Assembly: GCA_022566895.1 (NCBI GenBank)
Contig: JADFIA010000001.1
Location: 631 to 64,630 of the forward strand
Direction of reading: 5' to 3'
Source of the DNA: Pseudomonadota bacterium
GTDB taxonomy: Bacteria > Pseudomonadota > Alphaproteobacteria > Sphingomonadales > SMXR01
Length of the DNA: 64,000 nucleotides
In this document: positions 27,269-38,912 of the stretch, in pieces
How positions within the stretch are numbered: the stretch's first letter is position 1
How the letters are laid out: every line of letters starts with the position of its first letter
The notes under the pieces: model-generated
Told to the model about the DNA's origin: nothing
Seen by the model: the letters and a program-made list of their open reading frames with translations, nothing else
Databases searched by the model: none
Program-made: the position numbers and the translations under genes

Positions 27269-29947
27269 CTAGAAACCGGTCGTGAGCCTGAAGTACAAGA
27301 GACGACCGCGCGGATCGTGAGTGCGCGACTCGAACCCGCCGTTCGTCGGCACAAAGGGCGGCTTCTTGTCAAAGGCGTTGATCAGGCCAACCGAAAAGGT
27401 TGTGCGCTCACCGCCGTCGAACAGGCCTTCCATATTGAAGTTATATTGAACGTCGACGGTGGTCATGGACTTGATCTTGCCGTCTACCTGATCGTTCCGC
27501 ATGCTGTCGATATAGCGCAGGAAGGCATTGATGCTGTGGCCACCCATTCCCCATGCAAATCCGAGGTTGATGCGCCATTCGGGGGTCGGCGAACCGAAGT
27601 TCGTAAAGTTCCGCCCCCCGGCCCCTTCGACTTCGCCCACCTGGGGATCGATGATGTCATAATTGATCACATATGATGCCTCGACACTCGGACGGAACTG
27701 GCCCCAATCCGTCTCCGCGGTGTAGGAAATCGCAAAATCGAAGCCGTCGGTCTTCACAGACGAGGCGTTGACGAAATTCACAAAGACCAACAGGATCGAG
27801 CCGCCCGGAGAGCGAACGACCCGGGTCGGATCAGCGCCAAACGCGTCGACCACGGCTTGCGAATTTTCGGCAATAATGACGTTCTTAAAAGAATAGCGCC
27901 AATAATCGATACTGATATCCCACTCGGGTGCCGGCTGCCACGACAGGCCGAAGTTCCAGGTGTTCGACGTCTCCGGCAGCAGATCGCGCTCGCCGTCTGC
28001 GTCAAGCAGGCTTCGCACGGCCGCGAAGAAGGTGCTGCCGCCTTCGGTTACCTGTTCAAGCACCGTGCTGGTCCCGAACTGCTGGAAGATGCTCGGGGCC
28101 CTGAAAGAGGTCGAGAATGCACCCCGGAAGGCGATTTCCGGGCTTGGCCGCACCAGCACCGAGACCTTGGGATCCCAACTGCTGCCAATCGCGCCGCCAT
28201 AGTCCTCATAACGTAACGATAGCGACAGATCGATAATATCGCTAACCGGCACCGCGGCCTCCGCGAACAGCGCCCACGGGCTGCGTGAGGCCGAGAAATC
28301 GTTATTACCGATCAGGAAGGCAAACCCGTCGGCGTTGGAGATGGCATCATAGGACCGGCCCCATTTTTCATCACGGAACTGGAAGCCGAAAGCGAACCCC
28401 AGGGGGCCGGCCGGCATATCATACAAATCACCCGTGACGACACCGTCGAAGACCGTTGTTTCGGACTTGGTATCGATCACCTGGGTGCCGATAATATAGT
28501 CCAGGACCTCCTGCGAGTTCGGAGCCGTGGTGAACGACGTTGCAAAGGGATTGAAGAACGCTGGTGTAGCCACCGAGCCCGGCACGGTCACCGACTGGCC
28601 GGCACAATCGGCCTGTCCCACCAATCCGAAGAGGGCGGCCTGGAACCGGCAGGCGACCGTATCCTCGGTGGCGATCTGGAAATCATTCTGACCGTGGGTT
28701 ACGGCCAGCTCCCAGTAAATCCCCGAATCGGTCGAACCGGTAAGCTCGGCCGAAATGCGGTAAGTCTCCGAAGTCGTAGTGTTCGGCGAGACCTCGCCAC
28801 CGTTTCCGATGGCGCGGCCGAAAAAGACCACGGCTGGTTCGCCGATCGCCGTGAAAAATGCCGGAAACTCGGGATGGCTGGCTAGCACGACCGTTTGAGC
28901 GAGCTGCAAGTTCGGAAAGGTCGGCGAGTTGCCGCGAATGGTTTCGTTATCCGCATAGCTGGCTTCGATGCGAAACTGCACGTTGGGCGAAAAGTCATAG
29001 CTCGCGGTTGCATATCCCAAATAGCGCTCTTCGTCCGGCACCAGATTAAAGAAATCGCCAAAATCGAAACCGCAAAAACCAATTCCTGAAGACGGTGGCG
29101 GTGCTGTCGGAGAAGCTTGCAGCGGAAAGCCGCCAAAATCCGCGCAGCCGTTGGGGTCGATTAAGGGAGTGAAGGCCGGAAATAATGCGCCGCTGGTGGT
29201 GAAAAATGCACCCGGATTGCCCAGCGCACTGGTGTCGTTCGCCGGTTCGCTCAGCCGGCGTTCGGCGGTGGTCAAAGGCGTTCTATTGTAATAGCTAAAA
29301 GCTCCCATAAAGTGGAACTGGTCGTTGCCCCAACCGACTTTGGCCTGGAGCAGCGTGTCCGAAGCCTTGCCCTGGTCGGTGACAAACCGGTAATCACCGG
29401 AAATCTGTACACCCTCGAAATTATCGTCGGTGATGAAGTTGACAACCCCCGCCACAGCATCCGATCCGTAGGTCGGCGAGGCGGCGCTTTTTAATATCTC
29501 GATATAAGAGACAGCGATCTCCGGCACCAGCGACGATATGTCGATAAAATTCAGGCCGCCGTTGGTAAGGGCGCCGGACACGACCGCCCGCCGGCTGTTT
29601 AAAAGCACGAGAGTCGACGCCACGCCGAGGCCGCGCAGGTTAAAGTTGGATGTGCCCGTTGTGCCGTTTTGCGTAAAGGCATCCGGATTATTCTGGGCGC
29701 CGTTGTTGATGGTCAGGGTCTGCACGATGTCGGCGAAATTAGCGGCGCCTATGGCCTCCATCATTTCCTTACCGATAACGGCAATGGGATTGGGGCTGTC
29801 GGCCTGCGATTTGCGGCGGATATAGGTGCCCGTGACCACTATTTCCTCGATCTCCTGGCCTTGGGCCAAAGCCGGGCTTGGTTCGACGGCAAGCGCGCCA
29901 TAAAAAACGGCGGCAGCACTAGCAAAAAGAATGAATTTGTGTGACAT
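27269..29947 (-). CDS. TonB-dependent outer-membrane receptor
   Basis: Signal peptide ending ALA-Q, TonB box EEIVVTG, NLRGLG...TLVLLN.RR plug, YGSDAVAGVVN, C-terminal GR..YFRLTTGF; RBS GGAGGA. Confidence 0.95.
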   Translation of the reverse strand: MSHKFILFASAAAVFYGALAVEPSPALAQGQEIEEIVVTGTYIRRKSQADSPNPIAVIGKEMMEAIGAANFADIVQTLTINNGAQNNPDAFTQNGTTGTSNFNLRGLGVASTLVLLNSRRAVVSGALTNGGLNFIDISSLVPEIAVSYIEILKSAASPTYGSDAVAGVVNFITDDNFEGVQISGDYRFVTDQGKASDTLLQAKVGWGNDQFHFMGAFSYYNRTPLTTAERRLSEPANDTSALGNPGAFFTTSGALFPAFTPLIDPNGCADFGGFPLQASPTAPPPSSGIGFCGFDFGDFFNLVPDEERYLGYATASYDFSPNVQFRIEASYADNETIRGNSPTFPNLQLAQTVVLASHPEFPAFFTAIGEPAVVFFGRAIGNGGEVSPNTTTSETYRISAELTGSTDSGIYWELAVTHGQNDFQIATEDTVACRFQAALFGLVGQADCAGQSVTVPGSVATPAFFNPFATSFTTAPNSQEVLDYIIGTQVIDTKSETTVFDGVVTGDLYDMPAGPLGFAFGFQFRDEKWGRSYDAISNADGFAFLIGNNDFSASRSPWALFAEAAVPVSDIIDLSLSLRYEDYGGAIGSSWDPKVSVLVRPSPEIAFRGAFSTSFRAPSIFQQFGTSTVLEQVTEGGSTFFAAVRSLLDADGERDLLPETSNTWNFGLSWQPAPEWDISIDYWRYSFKNVIIAENSQAVVDAFGADPTRVVRSPGGSILLVFVNFVNASSVKTDGFDFAISYTAETDWGQFRPSVEASYVINYDIIDPQVGEVEGAGGRNFTNFGSPTPEWRINLGFAWGMGGHSINAFLRYIDSMRNDQVDGKIKSMTTVDVQYNFNMEGLFDGGERTTFSVGLINAFDKKPPFVPTNGGFESRTHDPRGRLLYFRLTTGF

Positions 29948-30042
29948 ATTTCCTCCCCTATCAGCAGAACCGACGCCCGACCACGCCCGCCGACACCCCC
30001 TCACGGTGAACGACAATCGAACAAGACAATTAAATTCAACTC

Positions 30043-30071
30043 ATTTTTTGCCGAAAGAATGCTGGCGTCAA
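30043..30071 (-). promoter_or_regulatory. Candidate sigma70 promoter of the TonB-dependent receptor
   Basis: Minus strand TTGACG-N17-AAAAAT; short palindrome TGCAA-N5-TTGCA (30080-30094) just upstream. Confidence 0.45.
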
Positions 30072-30260
30072 GTAAAGCTTGCAATTTTGTTGCATATTCG
30101 GATGAACGGGAAATCACCAAATGGACCGGAAATCTCCAAAAACGGTTTTGTTTTGCATTTAGGTGTGCCACTGACGCTAGGTCCCCAAGAGCCCGAATTC
30201 GGCTTGAGCAGGGGTCATTCTGCGGGTAATTCTGGCAGCGATGCGCGAGGACAAAAGAGA

Positions 30261-30551
30261 ATGATTGCGTTTTTTAATCTGATTGACCGCGTTCTTGAGA
30301 TCTATCAGTTGCTGATCTTCATCTGGGTAATCCTGAGCTGGTTGCGCTCCTTCGGTCACCTGCCTTTGCACAATTATTTTCTGGCCCTGATCTGGGACTT
30401 TCTTTACCGCATTACAGAGCCGTTTTTATACCGTATCCGGCGGTTTCTGCCGCCGATCGGCGGCCTCGATCTCTCGCCGATTGTACTTCTATTGCTGGTC
30501 ATGTTCCTCCGCGAGTTCCTGAACTACTCCATCCGTCCGATGTTTGTCTGA
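30261..30551 (+). CDS. yggT: YggT family membrane protein
   Basis: ILSWL, RITEPFL..IRRFLPPIGGLDLSPIV. Confidence 0.9.
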   Translation: MIAFFNLIDRVLEIYQLLIFIWVILSWLRSFGHLPLHNYFLALIWDFLYRITEPFLYRIRRFLPPIGGLDLSPIVLLLLVMFLREFLNYSIRPMFV

Positions 30552-30899
30552 GGTGGACCCATTTTTTATCGTCAAACTCCAAAAGGCCTTTATGTCTATG
30601 CGGTCCTGAGGCCGAAGGCATCAGCCGACGAGGTGGTGGGCATTGTGGCCGGGGATCTGAGCATTGAGAACCGGCTGGTGGTGCGGGTGAGGGCCCTGCC
30701 ATATAAGGGACAAGCAAATAGCGCGCTTTGTAAGCTGATCGCCAAGACCTTCGGCGTGCCAAAGGGTAAGGTTGCAATTGCAAGCGGCCATAAATCGCGC
30801 CATAAGACGGTGCTGCTGGCCGGGGATTCAAAGGAATTGGCGGCCCACATGGAGAACAAGCTGCGGGAACTGCAGATCGGAGCGGCAAAGGGTGAGTGA
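30552..30899 (+). CDS. DUF167 (YggU) family protein; 5' end lacks an in-frame start (see findings)
   Basis: Frame reads [30 protein letters not shown]...[34 protein letters not shown]. Confidence 0.8.
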   Translation, partial: GGPIFYRQTPKGLYVYAVLRPKASADEVVGIVAGDLSIENRLVVRVRALPYKGQANSALCKLIAKTFGVPKGKVAIASGHKSRHKTVLLAGDSKELAAHMENKLRELQIGAAKGE

Positions 30900-31788
30900 A
30901 GCAAGAATAATCGATGGCCGGGCTCTTGCTGCGAAGCTACGCGAGGGCGTCGCGGCGCGGGTCGAGACCCTAAAGTCCAAGCACGGCCTGACGCCTGGCC
31001 TCGCCGTCGTGATTGTCGGCGAGAACCCGGCCAGTCAGATCTACATCCGCAACAAGGCGCGCATGACGACCGAGAGCGGGATGAACTCGTTCGAACACCG
31101 ACTGCTTGCGACCACCACTCAAGACGAACTTCTTGGTCTGGTCGAAAAGCTGAACGACGATTCAGCGGTGCACGGGATTCTCGTCCAACTGCCATTGCCG
31201 GATCAGATCGACGAGGCGGCGGTCATGGAGGCAATCAATCCTGAAAAGGATGTCGACGGGTTTCACCTCGTCAACGTCGGGCTCTTGGCGACCGGGGGCG
31301 ATGGGCTGGTGCCCTGTACGCCGCTCGGCTGTCTTTTGATGCTGCGAGCGGAGGTGGACGAGCTCAAAGGCAAACGCGCGCTGATCGTCGGGCGCTCGAA
31401 CATTGTCGGCAAGCCGATGGCTCAGCTCTTGCTGCGCGAACACTGCACCGTCACGATTGCTCATTCGCGGACCCGGGATCTGGCCGCAGAATGCCGCAAC
31501 GCGGATATTCTGGTCGCTGCGGTTGGGGTTGCTCACCTGATCAAGGGCGACTGGATCAAGCCCGGTGCCGTGGTGATCGACGTTGGCCAGAATGTCGTCC
31601 CGGCCCCGGGAAAGGGCGATGGCAAAACGCAGCTGATCGGAGATGTGGAATTCGAAGCCGCAATCAAGACAGCTGGGGCCATAACCCCGGTGCCGGGTGG
31701 CGTCGGCCCGATGACCATTGCTTGCCTATTGAAAAATACCGTCTCCGCCGCCTGCCGTCAGGCCGGAATCAACGAACACAGCCTATAG
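30892..31788 (+). CDS. folD: Bifunctional methylenetetrahydrofolate dehydrogenase/cyclohydrolase
   Basis: [58 protein letters not shown]. Confidence 0.96.
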   Translation: MSEARIIDGRALAAKLREGVAARVETLKSKHGLTPGLAVVIVGENPASQIYIRNKARMTTESGMNSFEHRLLATTTQDELLGLVEKLNDDSAVHGILVQLPLPDQIDEAAVMEAINPEKDVDGFHLVNVGLLATGGDGLVPCTPLGCLLMLRAEVDELKGKRALIVGRSNIVGKPMAQLLLREHCTVTIAHSRTRDLAAECRNADILVAAVGVAHLIKGDWIKPGAVVIDVGQNVVPAPGKGDGKTQLIGDVEFEAAIKTAGAITPVPGGVGPMTIACLLKNTVSAACRQAGINEHSL

Positions 31789-31792
31789 GCAC

Positions 31793-33004
31793 TTATTTTC
31801 TGGTGCTCAACAGCTTCAGTCTCAGCGCCATGAGTTCGATAAAGCCGCTCGCATCGCTTTGATCGTAAACCTCGTCGTCCTCGAATGTAGCTAAGGCGGA
31901 TGAATAGAGCGAATTATCAGAGCGCCGCCCGTCGACGATAACATTTCCCTTGTAAAGCTTCAGACGAACGGTACCCGAAACATTTTTTTGACTTTCATCG
32001 ATCAGCGACTGGAGCATTTCGCGCTCCGGCGAAAACCAAAGACCATTGTAAATAAGCTCCGCGTAGCGCGGCATCAGCTCGTCTTTTAAATGCGCCGCTT
32101 GGCGATCAAGGGTAATGCTTTCGATGGCCCGGTGGGCATGGTGCAAGACCGTGCCACCGGGGGTCTCGTAAACGCTTCGGGATTTCATGCCGACCAAACG
32201 GTTCTCGACCATATCAGCCCGCCCGATCCCATTCTGGCCAGCCAGTTCGTTCAGCTGTTCAAGCAGATCTGCGGGTTCCATGCGAATACGGTCGATGGCG
32301 ACCGGGTCGCCCTTTTCGAAAGCTATTTCCAGTAACAGCGGCGCATCCGGAGCCGCTTCCGGGGCCACGGTTCTCGAATAGACATATTCGGGTGGGGCGG
32401 CGTCGGGGTCTTCGAGCACCTTCCCCTCGGCGCTGGTGTGAAACAGATTGGCGTCGGTGGAAAACGGCGCCTGGCCTTTTTTGTCCTTAGGGACCGGAAT
32501 CTTGTGCGCCTCGGCAAACGCCAGCAATTTGGTGCGCGAAGTCAAATCCCACTCGCGCCATGGAGCGATCACCCGGATGTCGGGATCGAGGGCCGCATAG
32601 GCGAGCTCGAAGCGCACCTGATCGTTGCCCTTGCCGGTTGCTCCATGGGCCACCGCGTCGGCGCCGGTTTCTCTGGCGATCTCAATCTGACGTTTGGCGA
32701 TCAGGGGCCTGGCAATCGCCGTGCCCAGCATGTAAGTCCCTTCGTAAAGGGCATTGGCGCGCAGCATCGGGAAAACATAGTGGCGCACAAACTGGTCCCG
32801 AAGATCTTCGATGAGAATCTCTCTAATGCCCAGTTGCTCAGCCCTGCGCCGTGCCTCATCGAGCTCGGCACCCTGTCCGAGATCGGCCGCAAAGGCGACA
32901 ACCTCGCAGCCGTAGGTCACTTCGAGCCATTTCAGAATGACGCTTGTATCGAGCCCGCCGGAATAGGCCAACACGACTTTCTTTGGGTTCGTCGAGATGG
33001 CCAT
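31793..33004 (-). CDS. argG: Argininosuccinate synthase
   Basis: [38 protein letters not shown]. Confidence 0.96.
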   Translation of the reverse strand: MAISTNPKKVVLAYSGGLDTSVILKWLEVTYGCEVVAFAADLGQGAELDEARRRAEQLGIREILIEDLRDQFVRHYVFPMLRANALYEGTYMLGTAIARPLIAKRQIEIARETGADAVAHGATGKGNDQVRFELAYAALDPDIRVIAPWREWDLTSRTKLLAFAEAHKIPVPKDKKGQAPFSTDANLFHTSAEGKVLEDPDAAPPEYVYSRTVAPEAAPDAPLLLEIAFEKGDPVAIDRIRMEPADLLEQLNELAGQNGIGRADMVENRLVGMKSRSVYETPGGTVLHHAHRAIESITLDRQAAHLKDELMPRYAELIYNGLWFSPEREMLQSLIDESQKNVSGTVRLKLYKGNVIVDGRRSDNSLYSSALATFEDDEVYDQSDASGFIELMALRLKLLSTRK

Positions 33005-33012
33005 GCTTTTTC

Positions 33013-34176
33013 CTAGGCCCCCGGGCTCTGCCGTCTTTGTCGTTTGCTGGCCGATCTCAGCTGGCCGCAAGCCGCCATGATGTCCTGTCCCCGCGGCGTA
33101 CGCACGGGGGCAGAGATGCCCGCCTCGAAAATGATCGAACTGAAGCGCTTGATCCGCTCCGGTTCCGAACATTCGTACGCCGCGCCGTCCCAAGGATTGA
33201 AGGGAATCAGATTGACCTTGACCGGTAGGTCGTACTCCCTAATCAGACGGACCAATTCTCTGGCATCATCGTCGCTGTCGTTCACGCCCTTGAGCATGAC
33301 ATATTCGAAGGTAATCCGCCGGGCATTGTGGGCGCCCGGGTAGTCCTGACAGGCCTTCAGCAATTCCTTAAGCGGGTATTTGCGGTTTAGGGGTACGATC
33401 TCGCTTCGCACGGCATCGTTTGTAGCGTGGAGAGATACGGCCAGATTGACGCCAATCTCCTGGCCGGCTCTTTGCATCATCGGCACGACGCCGGCGGTCG
33501 AAAGCGTAATCCGGCGGCGCGACATCTGGATACCCTCCTTATCCATGACGATAAGCAGCGCCTTTTTGACATTCTCGAAATTATAAAGCGGCTCGCCCAT
33601 GCCCATCATGACAATGTTCGTGACCCTGCGCCCGGCGGTCGACGACGGCACCCATTCACCCAAATCGTCACGGGCGACCAGGATTTGGGCGACGATCTCG
33701 CCGGCTTCAAGATTCCTGACCAGCCGCTGGGTTCCGGTGTAGCAGAAGCGGCAATTGAGTGTGCAGCCAACCTGAGACGAAACGCAAAGCGTGCCGCGGT
33801 CCTGATCGGGGATGTAGACCATTTCCGCCTCCTTGCCGTCGGCGAACCTCAAAAGATATTTCCTCGTACCGTCCTTTGAGATTTGAAGGTTCACCACCTC
33901 GGGGCGGGATATACGGAAGCGACGGGCCAGATCTTGGCGTAGATTCTTCGCTACATTGGTCATCGAATCGAAGGATTGGTGACCGTGATGATAAATCCAG
34001 CGCCAAAGCTGCGCCGTCCGCATTTTGGCTTGTCGGTCCGGAACGCCGGCGGCGATAAGGGCCTCGCACATCTCATCCCGGGACAGTCCCAGGAGATCGA
34101 TCGGTGCACTGGTATCGGTGGCCCCGGTATCCGGGTCGGTGCCGACGGGGTCGGCCGTCTTAATATCCATGGTCAC
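33013..34176 (-). CDS. rlmN: 23S rRNA (A2503)/tRNA C2-methyltransferase
   Basis: [15 protein letters not shown] radical SAM motif, [26 protein letters not shown]. Confidence 0.96.
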   Translation of the reverse strand: MTMDIKTADPVGTDPDTGATDTSAPIDLLGLSRDEMCEALIAAGVPDRQAKMRTAQLWRWIYHHGHQSFDSMTNVAKNLRQDLARRFRISRPEVVNLQISKDGTRKYLLRFADGKEAEMVYIPDQDRGTLCVSSQVGCTLNCRFCYTGTQRLVRNLEAGEIVAQILVARDDLGEWVPSSTAGRRVTNIVMMGMGEPLYNFENVKKALLIVMDKEGIQMSRRRITLSTAGVVPMMQRAGQEIGVNLAVSLHATNDAVRSEIVPLNRKYPLKELLKACQDYPGAHNARRITFEYVMLKGVNDSDDDARELVRLIREYDLPVKVNLIPFNPWDGAAYECSEPERIKRFSSIIFEAGISAPVRTPRGQDIMAACGQLRSASKRQRRQSPGA

Positions 34177-34194
34177 GGGATTAGCCTCAGCTCT

Positions 34195-34776
34195 CTATTC
34201 GCAGGCTTTAGTCATGGCACTATAGGCGGCTGTAAAGCCCATGAGCGAGAACCTGTACCGAGTGTTTGTGCCTCGCGCCGAGGTACTGCGAACAACCATC
34301 CTATTACCACGTTTCATACTTGCCACGACCTGACGGTCCTCTCGAGGTGTGGGCATCCAGGCACATCCCCCCACTCTTTTTTCGTCTAATTTGCATTCCT
34401 CGGTAAAAAATCTGTGTTGGGTTGATCCGATAGTTACTGTTGTGGTTGATCCGGGCCGAAACCGGTATCCAACTACGATGTTGACCTCGTCTTGTATTTT
34501 CAAGCGCGGCTTGTGGGTTACAGTGACGTAAATGCTGCCGTGGTTAACGTTTTTCGGAGTCATTTCCTTGGGAATCGAAATGACATAACAAATTGTATTG
34601 CCGTCCTCATTGGCGAGGGTGAAGGCATCCCAATCGCGATAGCTGCCGATCAGATCGTGTTTCTCCTGGGCCAGCGAAGGTTCGGGGGCCGCGAGAAGCA
34701 CAATCGCTAGCGCTGCCGAAATGAATGGTACTCGGGAGGTCGCTGAGACGATCCGAATAATTCCACCAATACGCAT
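34195..34776 (-). CDS. Invasion-associated locus B (IalB) family exported protein
   Basis: Signal peptide; IGSYRDW, ICYVIS.P, MKRG..M.V...S.RGT.T...FSLMGFTAA. Usual neighbour of rlmN. Confidence 0.8.
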   Translation of the reverse strand: MRIGGIIRIVSATSRVPFISAALAIVLLAAPEPSLAQEKHDLIGSYRDWDAFTLANEDGNTICYVISIPKEMTPKNVNHGSIYVTVTHKPRLKIQDEVNIVVGYRFRPGSTTTVTIGSTQHRFFTEECKLDEKRVGGCAWMPTPREDRQVVASMKRGNRMVVRSTSARGTNTRYRFSLMGFTAAYSAMTKACE

Positions 34777-35017
34777 TTCAATGTGCTCCAATTCTCTCAA
34801 GAAACTGCCGGCAAGCCAGTGAACTCCGACACATAGAGCATTAGGTCCCGACCAATGCAAGTTACATCACATCAGCCCTTCGAGTTTCAACCCCAAGGCC
34901 CGACTTTGGCGGGATTTTGATCCATAAAATGGCTAGAAATATGGCGGCCCGTCTCTTGACCCGCCGATCCGCAGGTCCTACACCCGAAATGAGATTTCGG
35001 TTCTTCGGGCGGGGCTA

Positions 35018-35716
35018 ATGAAGAAGGTTTACAAGAACGCCGGTGCGGCTCTCGACGGGCTTTTGTTCGACGGCATGACGATCATGGCCGGCGGTTTCGG
35101 GCTTTGCGGGATTCCCGAAAACTTAATCACCGCGATCAGAGATGCGGGGGTTGGTAATCTGACCGTCATCAGCAACAATGCGGGCGTCGACGACTTCGGT
35201 CTCGGGCTGCTTCTCGAGACACATCAAATCAAGAAAATGGTCTCGTCCTACGTCGGCGAAAACAAGCTTTTCGAACAGCAGTTCTTGAGCGGCGAGCTTG
35301 AACTGGAGTTCAATCCACAGGGCACGCTGGCCGAGCGAATCCGGGCTGGCGGAGCCGGGATACCGGGATTTTACACCAAGACCGGTGTCGGGACGGTGAT
35401 CGCCGAGGGCAAACCCCACAAGCAGTTTGACGGCGAAACCCATATCCTCGAGCGCGGGCTTACGGCTGATCTTTCGATCATCAAGGCCTGGAAAGGCGAC
35501 ACAGCGGGAAATCTTATTTACCGCAAGACGGCGCGGAATTTTAATCCGATCATGGCGACCGCCGGCAGGGCCACCGTGGCCGAAGTCGAGGAGATCGTCG
35601 AAGTTGGCGCGCTGGAGGCCGATTTTATTCATACGCCAGGTATTTTTGTACAGCGGATATTCAAAGGTGAGTTCGAAAAGCGGATCGAACAGCGCACAAC
35701 TAGAGAGAGGGAATAG
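35018..35716 (+). CDS. scoA: 3-oxoacid CoA-transferase subunit A
   Basis: [43 protein letters not shown]. Confidence 0.93.
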   Translation: MKKVYKNAGAALDGLLFDGMTIMAGGFGLCGIPENLITAIRDAGVGNLTVISNNAGVDDFGLGLLLETHQIKKMVSSYVGENKLFEQQFLSGELELEFNPQGTLAERIRAGGAGIPGFYTKTGVGTVIAEGKPHKQFDGETHILERGLTADLSIIKAWKGDTAGNLIYRKTARNFNPIMATAGRATVAEVEEIVEVGALEADFIHTPGIFVQRIFKGEFEKRIEQRTTRERE

Positions 35717-35719
35717 ATC

Positions 35720-36361
35720 ATGCCTTGGACCCGGCTCCAGATGGCCGAGCGGGCGGCGGCGGAACTGAAAGACGGTTACTACGTCAACCTTGGCATCGGC
35801 ATCCCGACGCTGGTCGCCAACTTCATTCCGAGCAATATCGATCTCACCCTGCAAAGCGAAAACGGCATGCTCGGTATGGGCCCCTTTCCCTATGAGGACG
35901 AGGTGGACCCGGATCTTATTAACGCCGGCAAGCAGACGATCACCGAGCTCAAGCGCACCAGCTATTTCTCGAGCGCTGACAGTTTTGGCATGATCCGCGG
36001 CGGCCATATCGATCTCTCGATTCTGGGCGCCATGGAAGTGGCGGAAAACGGCGATTTGGCCAACTGGATGATCCCCGGAAAAATGGTCAAGGGCATGGGC
36101 GGCGCCATGGATCTGGTGGCCGGTGTCAAGAAGGTTGTCGTGATCATGGACCACAACGCCAAGGACAGCCGCCCCAAGCTCTTGCACGAGTGCAGTCTGC
36201 CGCTGACCGGCGCCGGCGTGGTCGATTTGGTGATTACCGATCTTGGGGTTTTCGTCATCAATGACCGGGGGCTAAGTCTCGTTGAACTGGCCCCGGACGT
36301 TCGCATCGACGAAATAAAGGATCGGACCGAAGCCGATTTCACGGTCGACCTGGCCAGGTGA
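35720..36361 (+). CDS. scoB: 3-oxoacid CoA-transferase subunit B
   Basis: YVNLGIGIPT, QSENG (catalytic Glu), NAGK, GDLANW, KGMGGAMDL. Confidence 0.93.
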   Translation: MPWTRLQMAERAAAELKDGYYVNLGIGIPTLVANFIPSNIDLTLQSENGMLGMGPFPYEDEVDPDLINAGKQTITELKRTSYFSSADSFGMIRGGHIDLSILGAMEVAENGDLANWMIPGKMVKGMGGAMDLVAGVKKVVVIMDHNAKDSRPKLLHECSLPLTGAGVVDLVITDLGVFVINDRGLSLVELAPDVRIDEIKDRTEADFTVDLAR

Positions 36362-36407
36362 CGATCTTGTCGCTATCCCGAGCAGACCGCCGTGGACAGG
36401 CCCAGCG

Positions 36408-37295
36408 ATGATCGGCCACTTGCCGCCCAGCACGCGGGCCATGATCCATATGGTCTGGTCGGGAATTCTTTTCGGCACGCTTTGGGCCCTGATTCGCCAC
36501 ACTTCGGAAACGGTTCATCCCTTCATGATCGTTTTTTACCGGACGCTGTTTGCGCTTTTCGCCTTTGCCCCGGTGTTTTGGCGGGTCGGAATCAGTTTTT
36601 TCAAAACCGAACGGATTGGCTTGCATTTCTTGCGTTCATTGTTCGCAATTAGTGGCACGCTCGGCACCTTTTACGCGATCGCAAACGCCCCGATGGCGGA
36701 TGTCGTGGCGATCAGCTACGCGGCGCCGATCTTCGCCGTTATCGGGGCGGCACTTTGGCTCGGTGAACGGATCAAGATGCGGCGAATGCTGGCCATCCTG
36801 ATCGCCTTTGCGGGTGCATTTTTGGTTGTCAGACCCGGTTTTGAGGCAGTCACAATGGGCATCTGGGCGGCCATAATCGGTGCCGTATCGATCGGGGCAT
36901 CGATGTTGGTAATCAAGTCGCTGACTTCGACCGACGACCCGCAAGCCATCGCCGCCTATTCATTTCTGCTGATCCTGCCGGTCGTCTTTCTCGTCGCGTT
37001 GAGCGTTTGGCAATGGCTGACACTTGAAGAATTAGGGCTGCTCCTGGTGATCGGGATCATGGTGAGATTCGCCCATACCGCATTGGGCCGCGCCTTTGCG
37101 CTCGGCGAAGCCTCGGCGGTCTTGCCGCTCGATTTTGTGCGCCTGATGTTGGCGACGTTATTTGGCGTCTACCTATTTGGCGAGCCGGTGGACATTCTGA
37201 CCTTGGCCGGAGCGCTGCTTATTCTCGGCTCCACGGTCTATACAGCGCACCGCGAAGCCCAGCTTGGGAAACAAACCACGAAGCGGGTACCCTAG
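36408..37295 (+). CDS. DMT/EamA family transporter
   Basis: About 10 TM segments in two EamA repeats; LGE.I..RR, VVRPG, LFGE motifs. Confidence 0.88.
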   Translation: MIGHLPPSTRAMIHMVWSGILFGTLWALIRHTSETVHPFMIVFYRTLFALFAFAPVFWRVGISFFKTERIGLHFLRSLFAISGTLGTFYAIANAPMADVVAISYAAPIFAVIGAALWLGERIKMRRMLAILIAFAGAFLVVRPGFEAVTMGIWAAIIGAVSIGASMLVIKSLTSTDDPQAIAAYSFLLILPVVFLVALSVWQWLTLEELGLLLVIGIMVRFAHTALGRAFALGEASAVLPLDFVRLMLATLFGVYLFGEPVDILTLAGALLILGSTVYTAHREAQLGKQTTKRVP

Positions 37296-37585
37296 GCGCC
37301 GGCGAATCGTTCCATGGCCTTGGCAAGCCGTATATCGCGCTCGGTCAAACCGTCCGCATCATGGGTTGAAAGTGTCACCTCGACCCGGTTGTAGACATTG
37401 AACCATTCGGGATGGTGATCCATCTTTTCGGCCACCATAGCGACCCGCGACATAAAGCCGAATGCAGCATTGAAATCACCAAACGTGAAGGTCCGCTTAA
37501 TGGCATCGCGGCCATCCACAAGACCCCAGCCGGGCAGGGCCTCGAGGGCCGCTGCTCTTTCCTCCTCGGTCAAACGCTCGACCAT
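37292..37585 (-). CDS. phhB: Pterin-4-alpha-carbinolamine dehydratase
   Basis: [28 protein letters not shown]. Confidence 0.92.
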   Translation of the reverse strand: MVERLTEEERAAALEALPGWGLVDGRDAIKRTFTFGDFNAAFGFMSRVAMVAEKMDHHPEWFNVYNRVEVTLSTHDADGLTERDIRLAKAMERFAGA

Positions 37586-37604
37586 GATTTCTTCCTTCCT
37601 TTCT

Positions 37605-38318
37605 TTAGGCCTCTCCGGCCAACAGCCGCTCCACAAACTCCGGCACGAGTTTGCTTGCCGGTCCCTGGCGGGCCTCATTGAAAAGGCTGACGCCTTCGGA
37701 CGGCTCAAGGTTCAGCTCGATACTGCGGGCTCTCCCCATGGCGCTTACCTGAGCCACGAAGCCGGCCGCCGGATAGACATTACCAGATGTGCCGATCGAG
37801 ACAAAAAGATCGCACGATCTTAAAGCCTCGTCGATTTCATACATGCAGAATGGCATCTCGCCGAACCAGACGATATGCGGGCGCAGCGAAGGTATCACGC
37901 CGCAGTCCGGGCATTCCACCGTCTCGTCGATATCCCCGGACCAATCGAAGACCTCGGCGCACGAGCGGCAGTGCACCTTTAGCAGCTCGCCGTGCATATG
38001 GAGAATATTCCTGCTACCGCCGCGCTCGTGCAGATCATCGATATTTTGGGTGATCACCAGCACTTCGCCATCGTGCTCCTGTTCGAGGCGCGCCAAGGCC
38101 TTATGGGCAGGATTGGGCCGCACTGTGCCGAGATTGGCCCGGCGCATGTTGTAAAAGCGATGCACAAGCTCGGGATCGCGGCGAAACGCCTCGGGTGTGG
38201 CGACATCTTCGAGCCGGTGATTTTCCCACAGACCATCGTCGCCGCGGAAGGTCGAGAGCCCCGACTCGGCCGAAATTCCGGCCCCTGTCAGCACGACGAT
38301 ATTTTGGTAATTGGTCAT
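37605..38318 (-). CDS. cobB: NAD-dependent protein deacylase (sirtuin)
   Basis: [25 protein letters not shown], CxxC...Cxx[21 protein letters not shown]. Confidence 0.94.
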   Translation of the reverse strand: MTNYQNIVVLTGAGISAESGLSTFRGDDGLWENHRLEDVATPEAFRRDPELVHRFYNMRRANLGTVRPNPAHKALARLEQEHDGEVLVITQNIDDLHERGGSRNILHMHGELLKVHCRSCAEVFDWSGDIDETVECPDCGVIPSLRPHIVWFGEMPFCMYEIDEALRSCDLFVSIGTSGNVYPAAGFVAQVSAMGRARSIELNLEPSEGVSLFNEARQGPASKLVPEFVERLLAGEA

Positions 38319-38420
38319 ATTTAATTCTTGCTCTCTGCCTCAAAATACTGGCGGCTTTCCCTTATCTTTGCAATTCCCTAAAGTGCCAGTCCCGAAATCA
38401 GCGCAGGGAGTGAGCTTTAA

Positions 38421-38912
38421 ATGGTCGGAGTCCTGTTTGTTTGCATGGGCAATATTTGCCGCTCGCCACTCGCCGAAGGGGCTTTTCGTGATCTCGCTCA
38501 GGCCGAGGGTCTGTTCGAGCGGGGCCTGTTTTGTGATTCCGCCGGTACCAGCGCCTATCACATCGGTCAGGCTCCTGATCCCCGGTCGATCGAAGTTGCA
38601 GCAAGGCACGGGATTGACATTAGCGACCAAAGGGCTCGCAGCGTAGACAGCGAGGATTTCGACCGCTTTCAATATATCCTGGCGATGGATCAGTATAATC
38701 TCGACAGCCTTTTGGATCGAGCACCGCCCGGCCTCGGGAACAGGGCCCGGCTCTATCTCTCTTACGCCCCGCATCTCGGCATCGACGAAGTGCCGGATCC
38801 CTATTACGGGGGCAACCGGGGGTTCGAATTGTGCCTCGATTTGGTACGCGAAACGTCGAAAGGTCTGTTGGAACAGATCGTCCGCGAACATTTTTCCGAT
38901 CAACGGAAATGA
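38421..38912 (+). CDS. Low-molecular-weight protein-tyrosine phosphatase
   Basis: FVCMGNICRSP P-loop, DSAGT, DPYYG. Confidence 0.93.
   Translation: MVGVLFVCMGNICRSPLAEGAFRDLAQAEGLFERGLFCDSAGTSAYHIGQAPDPRSIEVAARHGIDISDQRARSVDSEDFDRFQYILAMDQYNLDSLLDRAPPGLGNRARLYLSYAPHLGIDEVPDPYYGGNRGFELCLDLVRETSKGLLEQIVREHFSDQRK

Noticed and set aside
30154-30170. Sigma54 promoter for the TonB-dependent receptor (minus strand TGGCACACCTAAATGCA)
   Set aside because: The GG-to-GC spacing is 11 nt rather than the strict 10 nt.
35123-36187. 354-aa antisense ORF over scoAB, and similar long antisense ORFs over korB, nadB, polA and cysK
   Set aside because: These are typical shadow ORFs from GC-rich codon bias opposite conserved genes, with no recognisable motifs.
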